Assembly: GCA_041740355.1 (NCBI GenBank)
Contig: JBGSMD010000065.1
Location: forward strand, 1 to 26,043
DNA: 26,043 nt
Reading direction: 5' to 3'
Source: Bdellovibrionota bacterium
Lineage (GTDB): Bacteria > Bdellovibrionota_C > UBA2361 > CALJRW01
How positions within the stretch are numbered: position 1 is the first letter of the stretch; each line of letters opens with the position of its first letter. A program made the translations under genes and the position numbers. This document shows positions 16,924 to 25,903 of the stretch, one piece after another. The notes beneath the pieces were generated by a model. That model worked only from the letters and a program-made list of their open reading frames with translations. It was not told the origin of the DNA and ran no database searches.

Positions 16924-18963
16924 GTGGTTATGCAGAATAAACTTAAATTCTTTTTAATTGTAGCGCTTGTAGTTTTATTAATTTTTTCTTTAGGTATTCC
17001 CTCTAGTAATCTGTTAAATCCTCCTGTCGTTGATCGAAACCTAATCCTTGCTACCTTAGATAATACTGCAACTATCAGTTACAATTCTAAAACTTATGAC
17101 TGTGTGGCAGGTAAGAAAGTTAAGTACGGCAATATTGTCGAAGAATCCGGACAATTAGTTTTTAAACCTCAAAATAAGAAACTTAGCCTCCGTGCCAAGG
17201 AACTATTAGCGGCAGGGAAAGCCTCAAAATCTGCTAAGCTTAAAGCGCAAATAACTGAGATACAAATGCTTTGTAAAATGGCACTAGCTCATTTAGAGAA
17301 AAGTCAAAGCAAATCAAATGCTTCAATCTTTGATTTAATTGATACGACTACCAAGAAAGTTTTATTTAATATTACTAATGATCAAGTAATTAGCTTGGCT
17401 TCTGTTAAATCAAAGCAGCTTAGTTTTCAAGCGAATTTTCCAATAAAAATAGGTAGTACCAAGATCTCCCTAAATGAAGTTAGTAAAATTGAGAATTCCC
17501 CACCTTATACTTTATACCAAAACGGTCGTGGCAATTTTGATGGTCAGGAACTTACAGTTGGGAATTATAAGTTAACAGCAACGCCTTATACAAAAAAAGA
17601 TTTACAAGGAAATGCTGGGGCACCTTACAGTGTTAGCTTCAGAGTAGTTGATAGTTCTACAACAACTCCTTCTCCTTCCCCAGTTATCAAACCAGTGCAA
17701 TCATTAGAATCTAGTAATGTTTGGAAAAGTCATCAAATTGCTGAACAGACTTCAGCTTTTAAATTAAGTTACATTACAAGTCCCCGGGCAAACTTAATTG
17801 ATGCTGTTACAGGATTATCTGATGGAACTGCCAAGGGCTTTGAGGATTTAGGGGTAATCGTTAGATTTAATAAAGCAGGTAATATGGATGTCCGAAATGG
17901 AGAAGAATATTCCGCAAATCAAGTTTATGGATACAGGGCAAACACTGAGTATTTAGTAGAATTAGATATTAATATTAATACACAAAGGTATGATGTTTAT
18001 GTGACAGAGGCAGGTGGTGAGCGCCTAAGTTTAGCGAATGATTTCTTGTTTCGTAGTAACTTAAAGCAGTTCAATCATTTGGGATATTATGCTTTGACTG
18101 GAAGTCACATGATCAAAGATATAAAGATTGATAATATTGAAAATAAATTACCCCTAGTTAGTGCGGGTCCTGATCAGAGCATTCAGCTTCCAGTAAGTTC
18201 CGTCAATCTGACAGGTATTGCGACTGACAGTGATGGAATAATTGCGAGTCGTAGTTGGATAAAAATCAGTGGACCTAATGCTACACTTAGTGGACAGACG
18301 ACTAATACTTTATCTTTGAGTAATTTAATTGCTGGAACTTATATTTTTAGATTTAGTGCAACTGACAATGTTGGGGCTGTAAGTAATGATGAGTCACAGG
18401 TTGTAGTCTCTCCAGCTGGAATACCAAATAATCCTCCAGTAGTTAATGTTGGTGCTGATAAGAGTATTCAGCTTCCATTAAATTCAGTTACTTTAACAGG
18501 GACTGCAACTGATAGTGATGGAACGATTGCAAGTCGTAGTTGGACAAAAGTAAGTGGGCCAAATGCAAGTTTAAGTGGGCAAACAACTAATACTTTATCC
18601 TTAAGTAATTTAGTTGCTGGATCTTACGTTTTCAGATTCAGCGCAACAGATAATACTGGATTGGTGAGTGTAGATGAAGTAAATGTTATTGTATCAGCAA
18701 TCGGACTTGTATCAGTTACGTTAGATTGGGATCCAGTCACTACCAATACTAATGGATCTACAATTAACAATTTAGCAGGGTATAAGGTTTCAGTTGGCAC
18801 TGCTTCTGGAAATTATGGAATGACTTTGAATGCTGGACTTAATACTACTTATAATCTGTCTGATTTAAGAGTTGGGTCTAAGTATTATGCGGTGGTCAGG
18901 GCGTATAATTCCAGTGGCAAGGAAAGTGCAAACTCTGTTCAGGCAGAATTTGTGGCCAACTAA
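16924..18963 (+). CDS. Secreted/anchored modular protein: Ig-like domain, S/T/P linker, unnamed beta-sandwich, two PKD-like repeats, C-terminal FN3 (alternative start ATG 16930)
   Basis: N-terminal hydrophobic segment; AGPDQSIQLP..LTG.ATDSDG.I....W.K.SGP..G.Y.FRF.ATDN twice; VTLDWDP..LAGYKV..YYAVVRAYN. Confidence 0.8.
   Translation: MVMQNKLKFFLIVALVVLLIFSLGIPSSNLLNPPVVDRNLILATLDNTATISYNSKTYDCVAGKKVKYGNIVEESGQLVFKPQNKKLSLRAKELLAAGKASKSAKLKAQITEIQMLCKMALAHLEKSQSKSNASIFDLIDTTTKKVLFNITNDQVISLASVKSKQLSFQANFPIKIGSTKISLNEVSKIENSPPYTLYQNGRGNFDGQELTVGNYKLTATPYTKKDLQGNAGAPYSVSFRVVDSSTTTPSPSPVIKPVQSLESSNVWKSHQIAEQTSAFKLSYITSPRANLIDAVTGLSDGTAKGFEDLGVIVRFNKAGNMDVRNGEEYSANQVYGYRANTEYLVELDININTQRYDVYVTEAGGERLSLANDFLFRSNLKQFNHLGYYALTGSHMIKDIKIDNIENKLPLVSAGPDQSIQLPVSSVNLTGIATDSDGIIASRSWIKISGPNATLSGQTTNTLSLSNLIAGTYIFRFSATDNVGAVSNDESQVVVSPAGIPNNPPVVNVGADKSIQLPLNSVTLTGTATDSDGTIASRSWTKVSGPNASLSGQTTNTLSLSNLVAGSYVFRFSATDNTGLVSVDEVNVIVSAIGLVSVTLDWDPVTTNTNGSTINNLAGYKVSVGTASGNYGMTLNAGLNTTYNLSDLRVGSKYYAVVRAYNSSGKESANSVQAEFVAN
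18142..18696 (+). repeat. Intragenic tandem duplication encoding two PKD-like domains (period 285 bp)
   Basis: ATTCAGCTTCCA at 18181 and 18466; AGTCGTAGTTGGA and ACTAATACTTTATC repeated at the same offset. Confidence 0.85.
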
Positions 18964-19029
18964 AAGCGGTGATTACAGGGGCAAGTAATAAGTAAATTAA
19001 TGCTTATTTAAATTAATGAGAAGTGTAAC

Positions 19030-21207
19030 ATGAAATTTTTATCCCAAGTTTTACTTATAGTACTTTTTGTCTCTTCTACATTAGCGGAACCCACCCCAAT
19101 AAGAACTCCCTCGTTAGGACCAAATGGAACAAAATGGCCCGGCCAAACTTCAGGATTAATAACCCCTTATATGTATGATGAATCTGTGCCTAACAGAATC
19201 GAAGTGGATCCCGATTGGAAACAAATCATTGACAAGATTAATGCCCTGACAGATGCACAGGTAAGTGCCGGAGTCCTAATTTTAGTAAGACCTGGGATTC
19301 TAATTGGTGGTGGGGGCTCAAGCCAATCTCCAAATATGATGAATGGAATTGGTAAATCCACGTGGACTAAGCGTGTCACTATTGCTCCTCGCGATGGCTG
19401 GGGGACTGTTACTATTTCTAATGGTATGCGATTAAATGCTATTAGAAATATATGTTTTGCTGGTTTTATCCTTGATGGTAAACTTCGCGTAACTTCATCT
19501 ACTCGTTTTGCATTTGCCAGAATGCTAATTAATGGAAATATTGCTGTTGCTGGCGACATGAAAGTTGAAAGTAATCCTAGGCAGTGGGAGTTTGTTGAAT
19601 TTGTAAAGAGAAAGTCATTTCAAGGAGATCCAACCGACCCAATGCAACTTCAAAATTTTGAGGGATTAGAAAAGCATCTTCAGGGTGTTGTCTTAGACGG
19701 GATTTATCTGGCACCAAATTTTCTTCCAATAGGCCATAAAGCTCATCAAGATACAATTCAACACTTAGGGTTTAGTGGCTGGATGTTTCAAAATGAATTG
19801 ATCCAAGATTCTGTGTTTTTTATTTCAGGAAGAGCAGCAATTAATGGTGGTTTAAAAGATACTATTATCAGAAACTCTTGGATTAATGCCCGTGAAAAAA
19901 ATCAAAATTTTATTTACCCCAAAGGTGGCGGGAATGAAGTTGTAGAAGGCGGTGCTAACCAAGGTAGTGTATCTAACATTACTTTTGATGGTGGTTATGT
20001 ATTAGGCAAATTACAGAGCAATCAAGGAGCTGACGACAGACCTTACTATAAAGTAATGAATGGAGCTAAAATTGATTCACTACCTCGTCGAGATTCCTAT
20101 ACTTATCCAGAAGTAGGTGAGTGGGTTTTAGACACTACTGATTGGCCAAAAAGTCCGAACTTTCCTAAGTTTCCGACAGATGAATTCCTAGATGAGATCT
20201 GGTCAGAAGATACGTCGAATAGGGCTCGAACTCCTGTACTGTCACCTGGTAGTGATACTTATGATAGCGCCAAGATCATCAGTATAAGTTGTCCAACGGT
20301 TAATAATAAAATTTATTATACTGTAAACGGAAGTACGCCTACTACTTCGAGCACGCTCTATGCCAGTCCTTTTTCATTGTCACAAAACACAACAGTTAAG
20401 GCACTTTGCACTGCAACTGGGGTTGATAACTCCTACATATCAACAGCTAATTACATCTTTAAAGTGGCAGATCCAGTGATTACCTCAAGTAGTTTATCAC
20501 TTGCAGGAGCTACGCAAGTGAGTATTGCGGTATCAACTGCTGGTGCTAAAATTTTCTATACGCTTGATGGATCAACTCCGACAAGTAGTTCTTTGCAATA
20601 CTTAACACCAATCAGTCTTACTAAAACAACAGAGGTTAGTGCGATTGCTATTAAAGCAGGAGTTCCGAATTCTGATGTCATAGTGTCTAATGTTGCTGCG
20701 GGACTAATAGTTAGTAAGCCAAGTTTTACCAATCTTTCGCTGCCACAATCACAGTCAGGTTCATTCACTGTAGAATGGTCTGCCACTCCTTCAGCAAATA
20801 ACATTGATGGAGTGATGGGCTTGTCAGAAGACGAAGTAGTTGGTTTTACTCAAGTGTCAGCAATAGTTAGATTTAATCCTGAAGGAAAAATTGATGTTAG
20901 GGATGCCGGAGTGTACAGAGCTTTAAGTGCTCTTAGTTATCTTGCTGGAAAGTCTTATCGCTTCAAGTTGGATGTTGATCTGAAAGCTGGGACCTACAGT
21001 GTATTTGTTACACCGGAAGGGGGAGTCGCAGTTGAGATCGCCAAAAACTTTAAATTTCGTAGCGAATCAAGTACTCCAGAAAGTCTTGATTTTATAGTGC
21101 TTTACTCGACAAAGGGTGCAATTTCTATTTCTCAAATTTCAATTTCTGGGGCACTAGAGGTGCTTACTCCCTCTGCGCCTAGAAATTTAAGGAAAAGACC
21201 TAATTAA
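19030..21207 (+). CDS. Secreted modular protein: putative right-handed beta-helix N-terminal domain, two chitobiase/beta-hexosaminidase C-terminal-like (Fn3-associated) domains, unnamed beta-sandwich
   Basis: Signal peptide; HQDTIQ and repeated I.I.N strands; IYYTVNGSTPT..S.LY..P and IFYTLDGSTPT..S..Y..P; ends PSAPRNLRKRPN. Confidence 0.72.
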   Translation: MKFLSQVLLIVLFVSSTLAEPTPIRTPSLGPNGTKWPGQTSGLITPYMYDESVPNRIEVDPDWKQIIDKINALTDAQVSAGVLILVRPGILIGGGGSSQSPNMMNGIGKSTWTKRVTIAPRDGWGTVTISNGMRLNAIRNICFAGFILDGKLRVTSSTRFAFARMLINGNIAVAGDMKVESNPRQWEFVEFVKRKSFQGDPTDPMQLQNFEGLEKHLQGVVLDGIYLAPNFLPIGHKAHQDTIQHLGFSGWMFQNELIQDSVFFISGRAAINGGLKDTIIRNSWINAREKNQNFIYPKGGGNEVVEGGANQGSVSNITFDGGYVLGKLQSNQGADDRPYYKVMNGAKIDSLPRRDSYTYPEVGEWVLDTTDWPKSPNFPKFPTDEFLDEIWSEDTSNRARTPVLSPGSDTYDSAKIISISCPTVNNKIYYTVNGSTPTTSSTLYASPFSLSQNTTVKALCTATGVDNSYISTANYIFKVADPVITSSSLSLAGATQVSIAVSTAGAKIFYTLDGSTPTSSSLQYLTPISLTKTTEVSAIAIKAGVPNSDVIVSNVAAGLIVSKPSFTNLSLPQSQSGSFTVEWSATPSANNIDGVMGLSEDEVVGFTQVSAIVRFNPEGKIDVRDAGVYRALSALSYLAGKSYRFKLDVDLKAGTYSVFVTPEGGVAVEIAKNFKFRSESSTPESLDFIVLYSTKGAISISQISISGALEVLTPSAPRNLRKRPN

Positions 21208-21415
21208 TAGTCTTTTATTAAGATTTTAAGTTTCAAAATACAGTATCTGTCCTATTTTTTCAGGTATATTTATTTCGACTTAAATATCCACAAAAAAAAT
21301 TTATTTGCTACGAGCAGATCTTCCTATAAGTATTTCAAATTATTTCTTTATTCTGCAAGAAATGTAACGAGCTTGAGGAACAGGACGATTTATGGGATTC
21401 TATTAACTTCCTTAT

Positions 21416-21630
21416 AACCTCAGGTTTGGATAAGAAAGCGTTACGAGAAAGTAGAAGTGCTTGAATTGATTGAAAAATATTTATTTTTTCAATCAATGTA
21501 AATTGCTAAGGAAAGAAAAAGTTTTATTCGCAGCTGATGTAGCACATCAGCGAGACTGAAATTTTTTCTTTCCAACGCAATTTCAAGTAGCTAGACTTTC
21601 GCAGTAGCTGGCTTATTCAAGCCTGAGGTT
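21416..21630 (+). ncRNA. Candidate structured RNA (~215 nt), family unidentified
   Basis: 19-bp closing stem 21416-21434/21612-21630 with two G-U pairs; nested GAAAGT/ACTTTC and TGCTTGAA/TTCAAGTA helices; two inner hairpins. Confidence 0.55.
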
Positions 21631-21660
21631 TATAGTAGACTTTGATCTTAAACTTAAATC

Positions 21661-23745
21661 ATGAATAAAAATAAATTATCTAGGCTTTTGCTCTTTGTCT
21701 ACTTATTACAGCAAGCTCTGATTCCTGCTTTTGCACATGCTTATATTGGACCTGGCGCCGGCTTTGCTTTTTTAGGCTCAGCCTTTGTTTTTATTCTAAC
21801 TATCGGGCTTGCAGTTTTAACAATTCTTTTCTGGCCATTGCAATTACTGCTTAGAAAGTTTCGCAAAAAAGGAATTTCTAAAAAGGCCAGAGCTAGACGT
21901 GTTGTAATAATGGGCCTGGATGGATTAGAGCCAAAGCTAGTGGAGAAGTACATGGCAGAGGGCCGCCTTCCTAATTTTCAAAAGTTAAAAGATGAGGGAG
22001 CTTATTCCCGATTAGGAACAACTTTACCTTCGCTTTCTCCCGTTGCCTGGTCAACTTTTCAAACTGGAGTTAATCCGGGAGCACATAATATTTTTGACTT
22101 CTTAACTCGTGATAAGCGTTACTGTTTGCCGCTTCTTTCTTCAACGGAAACAACGTCAGTGATGAAGTATTTTCGCTTTGGACCTTTTAAGGTTAAGCGT
22201 GGTGAACGGGCTGAAGTTAAGCTGCTTCGTAAATCCAAACCTTTTTGGAAGATTTTAGGCGACCGTGGGATTTTCTCCAATATTATTCGTGTTCCAATTT
22301 CATACCCACCAGAAAAATTTGCTGGTAACATTCTGTCAGCAATGTGCACTCCGGATCTTCGTGGAACTCAAGGGACATTTTCTTTTTTTACAAGCGATCC
22401 TGGTCACCACGAAGCTAGTTCTGATGGGATCATAGGTGGAGAAGTCAATTCTTTAGAGAAAATAGGTGATACTTACCATGGTGTTTTAGTTGGCCCCCCA
22501 GATGCCGCAAACCCTAGCCAGAATTTAAAATTAAATTTTACGGTTACACCGAAGAGTACAACACTAGCTGATTTTCAAATCGGGAATGATAAGTTTTCTC
22601 TGGAACTAGGAAAGTTATCCGATTGGATTTCAGTAAAATTTGGTAAGAAAATTTTTGGTATCGCCAGATTTTGTCTGCGTGCTTCACAGCCAGAATGTTC
22701 CGTTTATATTTCCCCAATTAACGTTGATCCAAGTAATCCAGCACTTCCAATTTCTCAACCAATTTATTTTTCTAACTGGATTGCCAAGAGCCAAGGACTC
22801 TTTGGAACATTAGGTATGTTAGAAGATACTTGGGGACGAAATGAATTAGCACTTAATGACAGTGCTTTTCTAGAGCAGGCCTATTTAACTCATAATGAGC
22901 GTGAGAAGATGTTTTTTGAAACTTTAAGTAAAACTCGGGAAGGTTTATGTTGTTGTGTGTTTGATGCCAGTGACCGAATTCAGCACATGTTTTGGCGTTA
23001 CATGGATCCAAATCACCCTTCACCGCTTGAGGGCGACGAGTTCAAAGACACAATTCCCAAAATGTACGAGCGGATGGATGAGCTTGTTGGTAAGACTATG
23101 TCTAAGCTAAATCCAAAAGATACTTTTGTAATTTTAAGTGATCATGGCTTTGCATCTTTCCGTCGTTGCATCGGACTTAATGCTTGGTTGTATCAAAATG
23201 GTTATTTGGCTTTGAAAGAAGGTGCTAAGCCGGGACGAGATTATTTCCAGGACGTTGATTGGAGCAAAACTAAAGCGTTTGCCGTCGGACTTTCTGGAAT
23301 CTACATTAATCGTAAAGGCCGGGAAGTGAATGGAATTGTTTCCGAGGACGAAGCAAGACTTCTTAAGCAAGAATTATCAACTAAGATTGAGCAGCTAAGA
23401 GATCCACAAGATAACGCGGAAGTGGTAAGTAAAGTTTATGACACAGTAGTTCACTACACGGGAATTTATGCTAAAGATGCGCCAGATTTAATCATTGGTT
23501 ATTACCCAGGTTTTCGAGTTTCTTGGGATTCCGTGACTGGAACAGTGGAAGAAGAAATATTCACTGACAACCTAAAAGCTTGGAGTGGGGACCATCACGT
23601 CGATCCAAAATTAATTCCGGGAATTCTTTTTGTTAATCAGAAGAAGGAATTAAATAATCCACACATCGCCGACTTGGCACCAACTGTGTTGGATTTGTTT
23701 AATGTTCCGATACCTAAGTATATGGAAGGAAAGGTGTTAATCTAG
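21661..23745 (+). CDS. Alkaline phosphatase superfamily / type I phosphodiesterase-nucleotide pyrophosphatase-like protein with N-terminal signal + YIGPGAG-TM module
   Basis: GLDGL, LGTTLPSLSPVAWSTFQTG.NPG.H.IFDF, SDRIQHMFW, SDHGF, DWSKT.A, WSGDH, DLAPTVL. Confidence 0.85.
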   Translation: MNKNKLSRLLLFVYLLQQALIPAFAHAYIGPGAGFAFLGSAFVFILTIGLAVLTILFWPLQLLLRKFRKKGISKKARARRVVIMGLDGLEPKLVEKYMAEGRLPNFQKLKDEGAYSRLGTTLPSLSPVAWSTFQTGVNPGAHNIFDFLTRDKRYCLPLLSSTETTSVMKYFRFGPFKVKRGERAEVKLLRKSKPFWKILGDRGIFSNIIRVPISYPPEKFAGNILSAMCTPDLRGTQGTFSFFTSDPGHHEASSDGIIGGEVNSLEKIGDTYHGVLVGPPDAANPSQNLKLNFTVTPKSTTLADFQIGNDKFSLELGKLSDWISVKFGKKIFGIARFCLRASQPECSVYISPINVDPSNPALPISQPIYFSNWIAKSQGLFGTLGMLEDTWGRNELALNDSAFLEQAYLTHNEREKMFFETLSKTREGLCCCVFDASDRIQHMFWRYMDPNHPSPLEGDEFKDTIPKMYERMDELVGKTMSKLNPKDTFVILSDHGFASFRRCIGLNAWLYQNGYLALKEGAKPGRDYFQDVDWSKTKAFAVGLSGIYINRKGREVNGIVSEDEARLLKQELSTKIEQLRDPQDNAEVVSKVYDTVVHYTGIYAKDAPDLIIGYYPGFRVSWDSVTGTVEEEIFTDNLKAWSGDHHVDPKLIPGILFVNQKKELNNPHIADLAPTVLDLFNVPIPKYMEGKVLI

Positions 23746-23832
23746 CTAAACGTTTAGCCTTAGTACAAACATATTTTATTTTTCAGTCTAAGTAGCTAGT
23801 AATATTATCTTTTTGCTTAAATAATAAAATGC

Positions 23833-23862
23833 TTGAAAAACTCACTGCGGATATATTACAAT
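23833..23862 (+). promoter_or_regulatory. Possible sigma70-type promoter for the ATPase gene
   Basis: TTGAAA(23833-23838)-18 bp-TACAAT(23857-23862), 11 bp before the ATG; weak evidence in AT-rich DNA. Confidence 0.3.
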
Positions 23863-23873
23863 AGCATTTTAAT

Positions 23874-25049
23874 ATGTCGCGAGATTTTGAAATGCAGTTT
23901 TCAAGAAACCTTAAGCTCTCTAATACTGAACAATCCTTTTTCCTCTGGGGCCCACGACAAATTGGCAAAACCTATTTGCTAAAGAAGACATTTCCAGAGT
24001 CAATCTACATCGACCTTTTAGATTCTAAGAAATTTATTAAGTATTCCAATAGTCCCGAACTTCTCTATCAAGAACTTAAGCTTTTGCCTGATCGCTCGTT
24101 TGTGATTATTGATGAGGTGCAAAAAGTCCCCTTGATGCTTGATGAGGTTCATCGACTGATTGAAGAGAAAAAAATAGTCTTTGCTCTCTGTGGCTCGAGT
24201 GCTAGAAAATTAAAACGCGGACAAGCTAATCTTCTTGGAGGACGAGCATTACGTTATGAGCTGTTTGGTCTTAGTTACTCAGAATTAGGAGACAGTAAAG
24301 ATATCGTTAAGTTATGTAATCGTGGAAATATTCCTAATCATTATTTAGCTGAAAATTATCGAGACTTACTGGAAAGTTATGTTGCCGACTATTTGAAAGA
24401 AGAAATCTATGCTGAAGCACTAGTCCGAAATTTACCAACCTTTTCAGATTTTCTAAGAGCAGCGGCAATTTGTGATTCTGAAATTGTAGACTATACAAAT
24501 ATTTCGTCAGATTGTGGAGTGAAGAGTGCCACCGCTAAAAATTACTATGAAATCTTAACCGATACGCTACAAGGGTTTTATTTACCAGCCTATACTCGAA
24601 AGCCAAAACGCAAAATCATTAATGCCCCTAAGTTTTATTTTGCAAATGTTGGAGTAGTTAATTTTCTAGCTAAAAGATTTAATATGTTACCCGGATCGGA
24701 ACTTTTTGGGAAAAGTTTTGAAAATGTAATTATCAATGAGATTAGAGCTTGGAACAGTTATCAGAAGCAATATCATGATTTATGTTATTGGAAATTAGCT
24801 TCTGGCGCTGAGGTCGATTTGGTTATTGAGGAACTAAGTTTGGCAATTGAAATTAAATCTAGCACCAAGATTTTACCAAAGCACCTCAAGGGACTGAAAG
24901 AACTACTAATTGAACAACCAAAGTTTAACAATCGCATTGTTGTTTCAATGGAAGATGTCTCGCGAATAACGGCTGATAATATTGTTATCTATACTTATAG
25001 TGATTTTTTGGAGAAACTTTGGTCTGGGACGCTGGTCCTTCAAACTTAA
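23874..25049 (+). CDS. AAA_14 family ATP-binding protein with C-terminal DUF4143 (PD-(D/E)xK-like) domain
   Basis: GPRQIGKT Walker A, IIDEVQK Walker B, GSS, L.GR, PKFYF, FEN, YW....AEVDLVI...AIEIK. Confidence 0.9.
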   Translation: MSRDFEMQFSRNLKLSNTEQSFFLWGPRQIGKTYLLKKTFPESIYIDLLDSKKFIKYSNSPELLYQELKLLPDRSFVIIDEVQKVPLMLDEVHRLIEEKKIVFALCGSSARKLKRGQANLLGGRALRYELFGLSYSELGDSKDIVKLCNRGNIPNHYLAENYRDLLESYVADYLKEEIYAEALVRNLPTFSDFLRAAAICDSEIVDYTNISSDCGVKSATAKNYYEILTDTLQGFYLPAYTRKPKRKIINAPKFYFANVGVVNFLAKRFNMLPGSELFGKSFENVIINEIRAWNSYQKQYHDLCYWKLASGAEVDLVIEELSLAIEIKSSTKILPKHLKGLKELLIEQPKFNNRIVVSMEDVSRITADNIVIYTYSDFLEKLWSGTLVLQT

Positions 25050-25084
25050 TCGCCCTAGAATTTTGTGCATCAAAAAATAATAAA

Positions 25085-25163
25085 TATAGTAAGTTCAAGA
25101 AATAAATTACGTAAGTAATTATTTTTTGAGGTTTACTATCCCCCAGAGGGATATTAAAATCAT
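25085..25163. repeat. Element type B + GC hairpin + linker (same orientation as 10128 copy)
   Basis: TATAGTAAGTTCAAGAAATAAATTACGTAAGTAATTATTTTTTGAGGTTTACTATCCCCCAGAGGGATATTAAAATCAT. Confidence 0.88.
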
Positions 25164-25244
25164 ATATACTAAAACACATTAGATTTTACCGAACGGCTTG
25201 GAAAAAAGCATCCTGCTTTTTCTGAATATCGTGTTTTAGTATAT
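25164..25244. repeat. Inverted-repeat element type C
   Basis: Perfect 14-bp arms ATATACTAAAACAC(25164-25177)/GTGTTTTAGTATAT(25231-25244); inner AAAAAGCA/TGCTTTTT hairpin. Confidence 0.85.
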
Positions 25245-25256
25245 TTGTTTTTCCCA

Positions 25257-25327
25257 GTTTAAATGCTTATAGGATAAGCATTTAAACCTTTGCGCCCCCT
25301 TGGGTCGCGGCAAGTGCTTCGCACTTG
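25257..25327. repeat. Run of consecutive hairpins
   Basis: GTTTAAATGCTTAT(25257-25270)/ATAAGCATTTAAAC(25274-25287) perfect 14 bp; CAAGTGC-TTC-GCACTTG(25311-25327); weaker GC hairpin between them. Confidence 0.75.
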
Positions 25328-25380
25328 ATATACTAGGCGATCGAATTGAAAACAGTAATTCTCAATATCGCCTAGTATAT
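25328..25380. repeat. Inverted-repeat element type D
   Basis: Perfect 14-bp arms ATATACTAGGCGAT(25328-25341)/ATCGCCTAGTATAT(25367-25380). Confidence 0.8.
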
Positions 25381-25410
25381 AATCAGTTTATTGGTTGAGG
25401 TTGAACTCTT

Positions 25411-25884
25411 ATGGACTATAGTGTAATAGCTAATACGTTTCGAAATATTTTGAATACTGTTTCTGGGTTGAATAATAGCCTTTGGTTTGGGCTAGTCGTT
25501 GGCATGATTGGTGTCCTGTCGGCAGTCTTGGGTGTCATCTTCTTGGCCAAAGTCGTTGAATACAAAACTAATGGCATCTCAACAGTAGGATATGTGCAAT
25601 CTGTACAAAGGACTCGGAGGATCGATTCAAATCAATACTATTCTTTCGTGAGTTTTCAAGATAATACAGGGTCTCAACGTCAAGTAATTTTTCAAAAAAG
25701 ACTAGTCGAGGGAAGGTCCGTCCCATTGCTATATCTAACTTATAATCCCGATGGAGCCATAATCAATTCTATGGTGCAGATATTTTTCTCACCAGTTTTC
25801 TTGATATTCCTAGGGGGTATTTTTTTCGCCTTTGGAGCTCCAATTGTGTTAAGCAATAAAATCAATAAGCCTTCAATTTCTTAA
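25411..25884 (+). CDS. DUF3592-like membrane protein
   Basis: TM helix, G...G.V, Y..FVSF.D..G, G..V.L.Y...NP..A, second TM helix; GAGG upstream. Confidence 0.7.
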   Translation: MDYSVIANTFRNILNTVSGLNNSLWFGLVVGMIGVLSAVLGVIFLAKVVEYKTNGISTVGYVQSVQRTRRIDSNQYYSFVSFQDNTGSQRQVIFQKRLVEGRSVPLLYLTYNPDGAIINSMVQIFFSPVFLIFLGGIFFAFGAPIVLSNKINKPSIS

Positions 25885-25903
25885 TCAGCAAATTGAGGTT
25901 ATT

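Noticed and set aside
23745-23758. Perfect palindrome GCTAAACGTTTAGC at the phosphodiesterase stop
   Set aside because: Single occurrence with no loop or adjacent U-tract; no function can be supported
23874-25049. AAA_14/DUF4143 gene as a defined defence system or as the mobiliser of the repeats
   Set aside because: Common standalone family; no partner genes or transposase motifs support either role here
1284-25179. Short alternative-frame or antisense ORFs (1284, 4100, 5185, 5677, 5902, 5914, 7220, 7227, 10288, 10956, 12370, 12427, 13928, 19167, 20556, 21741, 22119, 23134, 23783, 24985)
   Set aside because: They overlap well-supported genes or repeats and show no recognisable motifs; likely shadow ORFs
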